Assembly (NCBI GenBank): GCA_904063045.1
Contig: CAJFCJ010000192.1
Coordinates: 1 to 39,399, forward strand
Source: Dimorphilus gyrociliatus
Lineage: Eukaryota > Animalia > Annelida
DNA length: 39,399 bases
Direction: 5' to 3'
Below, in pieces: positions 11,249 to 21,731 of the stretch. The notes beneath the pieces are model-generated. The model saw nothing but the letters and a program-made list of their open reading frames with translations, was not told the origin of the DNA and searched no databases. Within the stretch, counting starts at the first letter, position 1. Each line of letters begins with the position of its first letter. A program made the translations under genes and the position numbers.

Positions 11249-12034
11249 TTAAATTAATTTATTCATAAAATAATCTGAAAACAAATTCATGGATAAAGTT
11301 TCTTTATAATTTTTAGGTAATTTTTGATCTAGTGAAAATTTTTCTAATAATTTTTTTTGATCTTCATGAAAGTTATTAAACATTTCATTTATTTCAATAA
11401 AATGTTCTTCTTTTATTATATTTTTTAGATTTTTTCTTAAAAAGAAATAATAATAAAATCCTGTCTTTGTTGGATTCTTTTTCAAAAACAAAAACAAGTT
11501 TTTCGAGGCCTTTATTAATAAAGACTTATCTATATACCTTAACAATGATATAAAACAAAGATAATAATGTTTACAGTACTGAGATTTTAGTCTTTTAAAA
11601 ATGTTCTTTAAAAACAACACAGGATGTTCTAAAGCCACTTTAAACATATAAAACTGCAAAATGGAACATTCACATTTTATAATTTCATCTAAATAACTAA
11701 ATTCTATATCTTTAGGAAGTATTTCAATAATAGAATTGATTGTATTAAAAGTTTGTTTACAGTAAAGTACATCTTCATCATTAATAGGCGTTTCTATCTC
11801 TGAAAATAAAATATTCATATCAAAGTCTTTTTGTTTTTCTAATAATTTTTTAAATTCTACTTTGAAGGATCCATCTAGTATTATTAGCTGAGAGATTACA
11901 AATTTTCTGATTGTTTGTTTTAATTGTTTATCATTAATGATCGATGGTGTTTCTAGAATATCATCTAACGTAAAGCTCTTTTTTTTTACTTTATTCAATA
12001 TTAATAGTTTTTGAGATTTCGTCAAAGATGACAT
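11249..12034 (-). CDS. Hypothetical helical protein, possibly reduced Rrn3-like
   Basis: 261-aa ORF with CCC motif. SILQFYMF...FL...Y...SLLR only weakly recalls Rrn3. Confidence 0.55.
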   Translation of the reverse strand: MSSLTKSQKLLILNKVKKKSFTLDDILETPSIINDKQLKQTIRKFVISQLIILDGSFKVEFKKLLEKQKDFDMNILFSEIETPINDEDVLYCKQTFNTINSIIEILPKDIEFSYLDEIIKCECSILQFYMFKVALEHPVLFLKNIFKRLKSQYCKHYYLCFISLLRYIDKSLLIKASKNLFLFLKKNPTKTGFYYYFFLRKNLKNIIKEEHFIEINEMFNNFHEDQKKLLEKFSLDQKLPKNYKETLSMNLFSDYFMNKLI

Positions 12035-12268
12035 AAGAGGGGTTGGAATAAATTATAATGTTATAAAATAAACCAATATAATATTATTTACATTAGAATA
12101 TTGATAATTATTGTATTTATAAATAAAAGATTAAAAAAGATAATAAATAGACAAATACTAATAAAAGTTCTTTACATTGATATAATAAAAAATATAAATA
12201 AGTAAATTTTTTTTAAATTTAATAAAAAAATAAAATTTAGAGTAAGCCACGTTTATTTCGGGTACAAT

Positions 12269-12514
12269 TTATTCTCTTTGTTTGGTCTTATAAGTTATCT
12301 TTTTACATTCTTGGAGATAATCTAACGTTTCTTCCCCTTTATATATGAAATAATTTAACAGCTCTCCTATATCCTTCATAGCACCTTCAATTCTTTTTCT
12401 TCTTTTTAAAAAATTACGTATAATAATTATTTTCTTATCATTTTCTATTGTTGATGGTAGTTTGTTTTGTAGATTTACTATATAATCTCTACTATCTTTT
12501 ACTTTATTAAAAAA
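12269..12514 (-). CDS. 3' end of an unknown gene, 5' part lost in the N gap
   Basis: Open frame FFNKVKDSRDY...YKTKQRE* running from the gap edge; not in the ORF track. Confidence 0.55.
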   Translation of the reverse strand, partial: FFNKVKDSRDYIVNLQNKLPSTIENDKKIIIIRNFLKRRKRIEGAMKDIGELLNYFIYKGEETLDYLQECKKITYKTKQRE

Positions 12515-13207
12515 TNNNNNNNNNNNNNNNNNNNNNNNNNNNNNNNNNNNNNNNNNNNNNNNNNNNNNNNNNNNNNNNNNNNNNNNNNNNNNNNNNNNNN
12601 NNNNNNNNNNNNNNNNNNNNNNNNNNNNNNNNNNNNNNNNNNNNNNNNNNNNNNNNNNNNNNNNNNNNNNNNNNNNNNNNNNNNNNNNNNNNNNNNNNNN
12701 NNNNNNNNNNNNNNNNNNNNNNNNNNNNNNNNNNNNNNNNNNNNNNNNNNNNNNNNNNNNNNNNNNNNNNNNNNNNNNNNNNNNNNNNNNNNNNNNNNNN
12801 NNNNNNNNNNNNNNNNNNNNNNNNNNNNNNNNNNNNNNNNNNNNNNNNNNNNNNNNNNNNNNNNNNNNNNNNNNNNNNNNNNNNNNNNNNNNNNNNNNNN
12901 NNNNNNNNNNNNNNNNNNNNNNNNNNNNNNNNNNNNNNNNNNNNNNNNNNNNNNNNNNNNNNNNNNNNNNNNNNNNNNNNNNNNNNNNNNNNNNNNNNNN
13001 NNNNNNNNNNNNNNNNNNNNNNNNNNNNNNNNNNNNNNNNNNNNNNNNNNNNNNNNNNNNNNNNNNNNNNNNNNNNNNNNNNNNNNNNNNNNNNNNNNNN
13101 NNNNNNNNNNNNNNNNNNNNNNNTTATTTCCGAAACAGGAAATGCTTTTTCAACCTAAATTTTATAAAGAAGTAAATCAAATATTCTCTAAAGCAAATTT
13201 TACCTAA

Positions 13208-14109
13208 ATGTTATTTTTTAAAAATATAAAAAAAAGTTTATTTATGCAAAATAAAGAAATGCATTCAAAGAAACTACCTTTTAGTAAGAAAAGTAAAACC
13301 ATTTGTTTGTTGTTATTTGGTTTATTTTTAGCTAGATACATAGTTTTAACAGATATTCTAACACGAACAGTCAATGAAACAACAAGAGCAGTGATTTTTA
13401 AGAGTTCTTTTCTTAACACTGCAGAAATACTACTAGTAGGTCAAGCATTATCCGAAAAGAACGTTTTTCAACTAATGTTTCTTTTATTTTCATTTATATT
13501 TACAGTCAGTGGAATTATTTTTATTAATGTTACAAGCAACATACAAGTATTTATTGATGTAATTGCAATATTTTTAGATATATTTATAATTATTACATAC
13601 TGTTTTCTCATTTATTCTATATGGGATAACATTTCATGGTATTACTATGAAAGAATAGGAATATCAATTAAATTGCAAAGTAAGTGAATATTTTTAATTA
13701 AGAAGCTTTTAAATTACGACAGATTTCTAGCGTTCTTTATAGATTTATTTTAAAATCAAACATAGAAACAATTTTTGAAGATTTTGGAAATAACAGAATA
13801 GAAAATAAGTTGTTTGGTTATTTGAAGCTGATATTGTCTGTTCTTTATTACTATGTCTTTAATTTAGGATATGAAAGAGAAAACATGTCTTTAGGAATTT
13901 TTCACATTTTGACATTAGTAGCAAAAATTACAGTCTCTATTATAAATATTGTAATAAAGGTAATTACAAATGAAGAGAGAGGGATTAGAATATTTATAGG
14001 ATTTTTAGAAGGAGAGTCTATCATTTGGGCGGCTATACAAATTGTAGTTATGTTTAATGTAATAAAAAATTATGGAATAAGATTAACTGAGAATATTAAA
14101 GAAGATTAA
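13208..14109 (+). CDS. Multi-pass membrane protein, UPF0658-like, paralog of 186..1121; exons 13208-13679 and 13703-14109, 292 aa
   Basis: Removing the 23-nt intron joins 13208..13687 to the frame of 13810..14109 with no stop. Motifs ALSEKNVFQL, W..Y.RIG...KAF.LR and KNYG. Confidence 0.82.
13680..13702 (+). other. Spliceosomal intron, 23 nt, phase 1
   Basis: GTAAGTGAATATTTTTAATTAAG; removal restores the frame (A|AA Lys). Confidence 0.88.
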
Positions 14110-14364
14110 TTGAATTTACTTAGAAAACTAGAGTATATAGTTTTTATTAATTTTATTCTATTATTATAAATTAAAAATACAAAAGATTGAAATTTCAAAC
14201 TAAATGTTATCTTTTTTTTCTATTTTATATAAATGATTAAAATATAAGTTTTGTTTAAATTTAAAGTTAGTATATCACATTCAGTTTCTCAACCACTAAA
14301 ATAATTTTTTAAACGATTTTTTTACATTTCATTTTAGAATATTTTTAGAAAAATTTAGTATAAA

Positions 14365-14575
14365 AATTTTAAATATAAATAACATAATAGAAAAATTTTA
14401 AATAGAAAAATTTAAATAGAAAAATTTAATATAAAAATTGAATATAACATAATATAATATAAAGAATATAAAAAATATAAAATAATATAATATAATAATT
14501 GATATTTAAATAGAAAAATTGAATAGAAAAATTTAATATAAAGAATATAATATAAAAATTTAATATAAAAATAAT
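14365..14575. repeat. Low-complexity AT repeat (aaatagaaaaattt / aatataa units)
   Basis: Multiple imperfect copies visible. Confidence 0.7.
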
Positions 14576-14780
14576 ATGGTAGAAATTTTTTTTATTGTAC
14601 TTAACAGGTGTAGATATATTAGAAAGTGGATATTTTCAAACTAACACAATAATAATAAATTTATTTATACTTGATAAATATTTTTGTATCAAAAAAAAGA
14701 ACCTACAATAAAAACAGTATTAAAAATCAAATTAACAATATAGACATAATTTTAATCTAATATAAGATGTAACCATTCTT

Positions 14781-15256
14781 TTAGTCAAAAAAGAAATCAT
14801 TAAACTTTTCTTTAAAAGGTCTTCTTTTTATAATTTCAAAAATTGACCAGTCATAGTCTAATTTACAGTTTCCTAATGTAAAATACATACTATCTTGTGG
14901 TAAAATTACACACATTTCGTCTAATGTTATTTGAACGCCTTTCTCTCTCTTTTAGTAATTAATGTATGTTAAATGGAATTTACCTCTTTCCGGTCTTTTT
15001 AGTACTAGTTCATCCATTTTATGGCACCAACCAATTGCTTTATGATCTCTTTTTGTAAAAATAAAGTCTAATGCAGCGGTTGTATATCCCATATAAGGAT
15101 TCTCCAGATTCAATTTTTTATTTACAATAACGAAATCTTCAGCATGTTCTACATCTGGTGTAGATATTAAATTATTATTAAACCTACTAATGTACCTTCC
15201 AGTCATTTATGTTGAATGAATAAAGAATAAACAGGTTTAAAAGTAAAAAGTAACAT
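14781..15256 (-). pseudogene. Ricin-B-lectin-like secreted protein gene with one frameshift and one in-frame stop
   Basis: ATG 15256 gives MLLFTFKPVYSLFIQH, 1 nt short of the frame of MTGRYI. After TAA 14952-14954 the same frame continues KREKGVQITLDEMCVILPQDSMYFTLGNC...FEII to TAA 14781, a beta-trefoil-like three-part pattern. Confidence 0.6.
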
Positions 15257-15741
15257 AATAAACCGTCCTATAGAAATTAAATAGAATAATTGAAACTTTA
15301 AGTGAGTATTGATATTGTTTTAAAATTTAGTATGTCTATAATATAGAAAATCAAAATCTTAGTTTTTTAGTTAACTTAGAATATGTAAATAGCGATATAA
15401 CCTTAAAAAAGACTAATACAATTTATATATAACCAAATAAAATGTTTTAAATCAGAGTAAAAACACGTAATATGACTTTTTAGATTTCTGTATGAAAATT
15501 TAATATTTTAAAAAAATGAAAATATTGAAATTTATGATTTTTTAAAAATATTGAAATTTTACTAAAAAATAGAATTGTTGAATTTTTTTAAAATATTAAA
15601 ATTTAAAATTTTACTAAGAAAATATAAATATATCATATTATATAAAATATAGAATTTTTTAAAAATTTAAAATTTTACTAAGAAAATATAAATATTGTGT
15701 TTTTTTAAAATATTGAAATTTTATTAAAAGATGTTTTACAA

Positions 15742-16527
15742 TTAATTTTTTATTATTTCAGCTGTATTTTCAATTCTATCAAACTTAATTAAATTTCTTC
15801 CTATCAAATTGTATATAAATTTCATAAGATCTACGTTATCAACACCATATTCTTCTTGTAGTCTATTTAAATATATCTTTCTACCTTGTATTAATTCATA
15901 TATAATTTTTTGAAACAAATTGACTGGCTCCTCCATCTTTTTTAGTTCATTGCAAATTTTGTATCTCTCATAGTTTTTAATTTTACATATTCTAGATTTT
16001 GGTAGTTTGTTGAGAATACTTATAAGTAAACTTTTATTTGATGATATTTCTTTAATTTCTAGTAGTTCTTGTTCGTATTTTAATAGTTTGTTTTGTTTAA
16101 TAACATCGAGTTTATCTTCTAATTGGTTTAAATCTAATTCTTCTATTCTTTTCAACTTTGTATAATTTTTCTTTGTTTTTGTTAGCATAACTTCTTTTGA
16201 GTCTAGTTCACTCTCTATCTTCTTATAATCCATTGCTTTATAAGCCTTTTCGTTTATATGAATAAGTTTTAACTTTTTTTGAATTTCGGCAGAAAAACTT
16301 TGTTTTAGGAAATTTTCTATTTCTTTTTTTACTAATTCTATATAATTTACAATTTCAAAATTATCTTCAAAATTTAAAAATTTGGTTTCAAATTTTGGTA
16401 AATTTAAATATTCTGTTAATTCATCCAAAGATAAATTTTCTTTATTTTTTTCTTCATTTGATTTTTCTATTTTAATTTGAAATTTTTCTGTCTTTTTAAA
16501 AGGTATTATTAGTTGTTGAAAATCCAT
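15742..16527 (-). CDS. Hypothetical coiled-coil protein with possible C-terminal winged helix
   Basis: 261-aa ORF with CCC motif; no recognisable family. Confidence 0.7.
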   Translation of the reverse strand: MDFQQLIIPFKKTEKFQIKIEKSNEEKNKENLSLDELTEYLNLPKFETKFLNFEDNFEIVNYIELVKKEIENFLKQSFSAEIQKKLKLIHINEKAYKAMDYKKIESELDSKEVMLTKTKKNYTKLKRIEELDLNQLEDKLDVIKQNKLLKYEQELLEIKEISSNKSLLISILNKLPKSRICKIKNYERYKICNELKKMEEPVNLFQKIIYELIQGRKIYLNRLQEEYGVDNVDLMKFIYNLIGRNLIKFDRIENTAEIIKN

Positions 16528-16566
16528 TAAGGGGAATATTTTAAAATTTATTAAATATTTAAATAT

Positions 16567-16725
16567 TTATTTAAAATTGTATTTATTTATTGAAGAAATA
16601 CATTTTTTTTAATTGGTATTTATTTAAAATTGTATTTATTTATTAAAGAAATACATTTTTGACTTTAATTGAATATTTTTTTAAAATTGTATTTATTTAT
16701 TAAAGAAATACATTTTTAGCTCTAT
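16567..16725. repeat. Three ~55-bp tandem copies directly downstream of eIF4E
   Basis: ttaaaattgtatttatttatt(g/a)aagaaatacattttt x3. Confidence 0.9.
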
Positions 16726-16733
16726 TTAAATAT

Positions 16734-17234
16734 TTATTTAAATTTAGGATGAACATTAAAACTAAGCACATCAGTCTTATATAATCCTATTAATGATCGT
16801 CCTACTTTTGTTGTTATTGAATTCTCTGCCGTATTAACCCAAATACTAATAGAAGCTCCAGTACTTCTAGGTGATAAAATACACCCACTTATGTGAAACC
16901 CATCAATACTTTCTGATACACAAAATTTTAATGTTTCATTCCATAAACTATTTAAATCGTTGAGTGCACTTCCTTTGACTTCGTATGTCCATTTAGATCC
17001 ATTGATATTATTCTTATCACTTACATCTGGTGATATTCCTTCTCTAAAGAAGTATAAATTTGAACTATGTGGCCAGCTGTTAGCTTGTCTACTGTTATCT
17101 ATCACAAAAAACAGTTCTTCGAGTGTTTCTACCTGACATATTTCATATATAGGTGTTCTTGATCTTCTATCTCCACTTTTATCACATTCGAAAGTGTAAC
17201 TCCAAGGTGTAGTAAGTGAATGTGTTTGATTCAT
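16734..17234 (-). CDS. Divergent eIF4E-family protein
   Basis: HSLTTPW, TLEEL, YFFREGISP..D..N..G.KW, ISGCILSPR and ISIW follow the eIF4E pattern. Confidence 0.85.
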   Translation of the reverse strand: MNQTHSLTTPWSYTFECDKSGDRRSRTPIYEICQVETLEELFFVIDNSRQANSWPHSSNLYFFREGISPDVSDKNNINGSKWTYEVKGSALNDLNSLWNETLKFCVSESIDGFHISGCILSPRSTGASISIWVNTAENSITTKVGRSLIGLYKTDVLSFNVHPKFK

Positions 17235-17589
17235 ATTTTGGGGTAAACAAATATTACTTAAAATAAATAAAACATAGGAATGAGCTGAAACTTATAATAA
17301 ACTTATTTATTTATTATTATTTACATTGTTTATTATGAAAGAATGTAAATGTTTTTTTAATTTTTTAATTTTTTTGATGTTTTAAATTTTTTATTTTTTT
17401 AAATTTTTTAAATTTTTGATATTTTTTAACTTTTTTAAATTTTTGATATTTTTTTGATGTTTTAAATTTTTTTAATTTTTTTAATTTTTTTAATTTTTTT
17501 ATTTTGATATTTTTTTAAATTTTTGATATTTTTTAACTTTTTTAAATTTTTTTTGACTTTTTTAATGTTTTTCTTAGAAACCCTTTAAA

Positions 17590-18519
17590 ATGGATTTTGA
17601 TTCTGAATCTGAAGAAATAAAAATCGTTTCAAGATCTAAAAACACTAAAAAGTCATCAATAAATAAAAAAATTGTTCCAGGTCGTACCTTAAGCTACCAA
17701 AAAGCTGAAATTATATTTAAAGAAGCTTTTAAAAGATCAGTTTGCTGTAATATCACTAATTTTAATGAAACAGTTACAATGATAGATAGCTTTTCCTATA
17801 AAAAAACAGAATGCCCTAGAAGATGTCCAGGCCACAAACAACTATCAACTTTCCTGAAGTGTTATAATCACATGTTTGACATAAAAATTATAAACAATCA
17901 AAGATATGTATTTAGAAAAGGAAAAGAAACTGATACTCTAATAAAAAATAGAAAACATTTCCATTTAGATGAATCTACAGGTGATAAGTTTATCCATCTA
18001 GAAGTGTTGATAAATAATCTATTTGCAGTAAAAACAACCATTCCTGAACTTGATTTACTAGAAATATTCTATTTGGTATACAAAGTAGAACTTAATGATT
18101 TTTATCCGTTTTCAAAAACAATACAGTCTAACTCAACACCTAATCTTCATGTTAGTATTAGACAGAATTATAATGTATTGACTTGTATTCCTACATCACA
18201 CAAAGATTATACAATCTCATGCTCAGCACATAGAAAGATCGTTTCATTAGAAGATACAGTAATTAAATCAATAAAGAAAGGAGTAGAAGAAATTAAATAT
18301 GAAAAGATTAACACTGATGTAAAATTACATACTAAAGATATTTTTGATGTGTTAAATGAAGATTTAGATAGACTTCTTGGATTATCAGATCTTAACATTC
18401 CAATGGTAGTACAAAATGGAATAAAATTGGATTCTAAACAAAAGGATGCTATTGAGACTTGTAATGTTGAAGTTTATAATTACATTAAATTAAACATTAA
18501 GTTAATGAAAGATAAATAA
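17590..18519 (+). CDS. Hypothetical protein with Cys/His cluster
   Basis: 309-aa ORF with CCC motif; CPRRCPGH...CYNH; family not recognised. Confidence 0.75.
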   Translation: MDFDSESEEIKIVSRSKNTKKSSINKKIVPGRTLSYQKAEIIFKEAFKRSVCCNITNFNETVTMIDSFSYKKTECPRRCPGHKQLSTFLKCYNHMFDIKIINNQRYVFRKGKETDTLIKNRKHFHLDESTGDKFIHLEVLINNLFAVKTTIPELDLLEIFYLVYKVELNDFYPFSKTIQSNSTPNLHVSIRQNYNVLTCIPTSHKDYTISCSAHRKIVSLEDTVIKSIKKGVEEIKYEKINTDVKLHTKDIFDVLNEDLDRLLGLSDLNIPMVVQNGIKLDSKQKDAIETCNVEVYNYIKLNIKLMKDK

Positions 18520-18691
18520 AAATATGAAAAAAATAAATTTTTAAAAAAAAATAAATTTTCAATTTTAATAAAAAATAAAATTTTAATAGAAAGAAATAAA
18601 TTTTTGGAATTTTAATAAAAAAAATAAATTTTAAAATTTTAATAAAAAATAAATAAATTTTCAATTTTAATAGAAAAATAAATTTTAGTTT

Positions 18692-19186
18692 TTATAGGAA
18701 GTCATCACTACTATCTCCATCAGGTTTTCTGAAATGATCAGGTCTAGGATCTTTAACCTTTCTCTCTTCTCCAGGAACCATAGGATCAAACCTAGCAAGT
18801 GGTGGAACCTCCTTTTTCTTTGATTTTGGTTTAAACTTTCTTTTAAACATAGGATCGTTTTCTCCAATTACCATAGAAGATGGTTTATAAGAATCATCAC
18901 TGAAATCATCTAATGGTGTTTTAATAGGATTTATGTTTGGAAATAAGTCAACGTTGGGATTTGTAACATTGTTTGTACTTTTAATAGTACTACCATCTAC
19001 ATTATTATTCAAATTATAGTCTGTAAAATAATTTTTTATAAAATTTAAGTCAATTTCAATTTTATTTGAAACTGCTAATTTTTTATTTCCATTTTTTATT
19101 AAAAATCGTTCTTTTTCTTCAAATACTTCAAATTCTTTATCAATTGATTTTAGTTCGTTTTCTAATTTTTCTCTGTTATAAAACAT
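18692..19186 (-). CDS. PI31-like proteasome inhibitor (PSMF1/Fub1-like)
   Basis: C-terminal MVIGENDPMF, VPPLARFDPM, PRPDHF and DDFL match the PI31 proline-rich tail (VPPGARFDP, PDPDHL, DDMYL). Confidence 0.8.
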   Translation of the reverse strand: MFYNREKLENELKSIDKEFEVFEEKERFLIKNGNKKLAVSNKIEIDLNFIKNYFTDYNLNNNVDGSTIKSTNNVTNPNVDLFPNINPIKTPLDDFSDDSYKPSSMVIGENDPMFKRKFKPKSKKKEVPPLARFDPMVPGEERKVKDPRPDHFRKPDGDSSDDFL

Positions 19187-19332
19187 TGAGAGGGATTGTT
19201 TTTAAAACTAATTTAAAGTCTCCTTTTTTGTTTATTTTTTGAATTTTTAATAAATTCTCATTTTTTATTAAAATTTATGAAATTTATAAATAAAATTCTA
19301 TATTTAGAGTGCTTTTAATTAGTTTTGGAAAT

Positions 19333-20088
19333 TTAATCCTTTTTTATTGGAAATCCGTCTTTGTCAACATCAGATAAAACTTTCATGCCAACTTCTCCTA
19401 AAAATACTTCCAAGAAATATTCAACATCACATTTTTTCATTTTTGACTCATTTTCTATCTTTTTTAAAGCTCTTGACTTCGATCTTCCTCTTATTAATTT
19501 CTCTAAATCTACGATATTTAATTCAGAGTTTCTATTACCTAAAATACCAATGCTTTTTTTACATCCAAGTAATCTTTCTTCTCTGCCTTTGGTTTTAACA
19601 TTAAGCTTTTTAACTTTCTGTACAAGAGTTTCTTCTTGTTTGTTTGCTTCAAAAACTTCATCAATTTGAGGATTTCGAGTTCCATCGAACAGGTCTTCAA
19701 TGTTTTTTAATTTTTCATATTCTAAAAAGTAGGAATCTCCAGTTCTTCTAATTTTACTGTCATCTAAATACTTAATACTCATTTCATGACCATTAAATGG
19801 TCCTGTAATCTTGTCTTCTTTCTTTATATACCATAATGTTATGTTTTTATCTTCTTTTATTAAATCTTTAGCTTCTTCTTTTCTTGTAATCATAAATTCT
19901 GTTTTTATATTTTTTCGTTGTAATGAATTTTCTTTATAGGCTGTTTCCTCCTCTTCTGTAAAATCAGATAAAAAAATAGGTTTCAAAGGTAGTTTATTAA
20001 TTAAATGACAATTACTGTTAAAGTTATCAGGTATTTTGGCTTTCTCTAGTTTTAGAAGTTCTCTATATTTTTCTAATAACAAATCCAT
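19333..20088 (-). CDS. GYF-domain protein, GIGYF/Smy2-like
   Basis: WY.K....I.GPFN..EM...+R..D..F GYF-fold pattern; N-terminal KIP...PL.P+.L..FTEEE. Confidence 0.7.
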   Translation of the reverse strand: MDLLLEKYRELLKLEKAKIPDNFNSNCHLINKLPLKPIFLSDFTEEEETAYKENSLQRKNIKTEFMITRKEEAKDLIKEDKNITLWYIKKEDKITGPFNGHEMSIKYLDDSKIRRTGDSYFLEYEKLKNIEDLFDGTRNPQIDEVFEANKQEETLVQKVKKLNVKTKGREERLLGCKKSIGILGNRNSELNIVDLEKLIRGRSKSRALKKIENESKMKKCDVEYFLEVFLGEVGMKVLSDVDKDGFPIKKD

Positions 20089-21731
20089 GAGGGGTTGTTT
20101 TTAAAAAATTATATTTTAATTATTTTATTTAATGAAATAAGTAAAGTGCTTGTTTATTGTTTTTTAAGAATAGATTTTTATAGTTTTTATTTAATTTGAG
20201 AAATTTTTTTTCGTTGATTTTTACATCGAAAAATGAATGTCTTTTTTCTATAAATAAGTTTTAATAACTGTAAACTTTCTATTAAACCAAAAAAAAATTG
20301 AATCGAAAGAATTAATGGGTCATATCTTTAAGATCAGATGTTGTTTAAAATAAGTGAACTGTTTGATAATAAAATAACAAGATATATTAAATTGAACCTT
20401 ATTTATTTCGCCATACCTGAATTCTGTAAATGATAAATGCTAATACGAATGATATACTTGAAGGATTCTCATTATAAATATGAGCATTACCTTTAATCAA
20501 TCTATAGAACACTTAAGATACTCTTATTATAATTTTTGAATAAAGCTATGTGCTTCAAGCGATAAATAAACATTCTGAAAAAAATTGCCATCCCTATAAA
20601 TGTATACTTTTATTATTAAAGAAGAACATATCTCATACTAATTTTAGTAGTTGTTTTATAAATAGCTTAGCCATATCATTTTTATAAATTAATAGAATGA
20701 AAAAAAGTTACAGTTATTGCTATCAAAATTTAATATTTAGTAGAAAAAGGTAAAACAGAATCATTCAAGTTATAAAGGATGAACATCTTTTACGAGAAAG
20801 TGCAATTTTAGTTTTAGAGTATATAAACCTCCTTTGACCCTTTAAGGTTATGTTATATTGAACTAAAATTAATAAAGTGATTAAAAAATTACTAGATCAA
20901 ACAGGTCTTTGATTTGACTGAGTAAAACTTTAAAAAGGTTTTTTTACAGAAATATAATAAAATTAATTTATATTGCTTTACTTGGGTTCTTAACCAAAGA
21001 AGTATAGGATAAATAAGTGGTGATTCCTTAATACTCCTTATTCAGTAAAATTAGGCTATCAATACAAATAACAACATAGATACTATTTGAACAATATATG
21101 AAAATACAGATAATAAACATATCTACCTACAGTATAATATAAAAGTTTCTAGGTTGATAACAGCGATTTTTAAATTTAGAAATTAAATTTAACAAAAAAA
21201 AGTTATTTATGATTCGCTATTTAGGTTTGTTCATAAAAATTGGTACCCCCGCTACTAGCAGACAAAGGTATAATTTAGGTAGATGTAAAAAGCTAGTGTA
21301 GGTATATATTTGATTTTTGAAAATCACGAAATGGTACTTTTTGATTCTTTGAAAAAAAGGCTTTCTCTTTGGAGATTTATTTATAGTTATATGTTTTATC
21401 ATCATGACTAATGCATAAAGAAGACAATTACACCCTAATTAACGATCATAATTATTTTAAAGATCAAAGTATATAGGGGTCCATACTCAGAACAGTAAAA
21501 TCAGTACAAACTACATGTTATTAACCAAAAATAACAATATATTTCAAAGGATTAACAATTATTTATTTGTGATAGTAGAAAACCACCTTTGTAAAATTTA
21601 GATTGAAGAATGAAATATAATAAATACCATTTTAGTGGTGTCTGAATACATTTTTTATAAAAAGTATTTTCATCCAATAGTTTAATTAAAGGACTACCAG
21701 GCTTAGAATGTAGATTGTTTTATAACCCCCA

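Noticed and set aside
14950-14985. Possible GTAAAT..AG intron removing the lectin stop
   Set aside because: The first AG gives 35 nt and the wrong frame; the 5' site is not GTAAGT and the in-frame option has a poor 3' site.
20200-21700. Somewhat GC-richer gene-free stretch, including ORF 21217..21405
   Set aside because: All frames are broken by stops and no family motif is recognisable; possibly a decayed gene, but unsupported.
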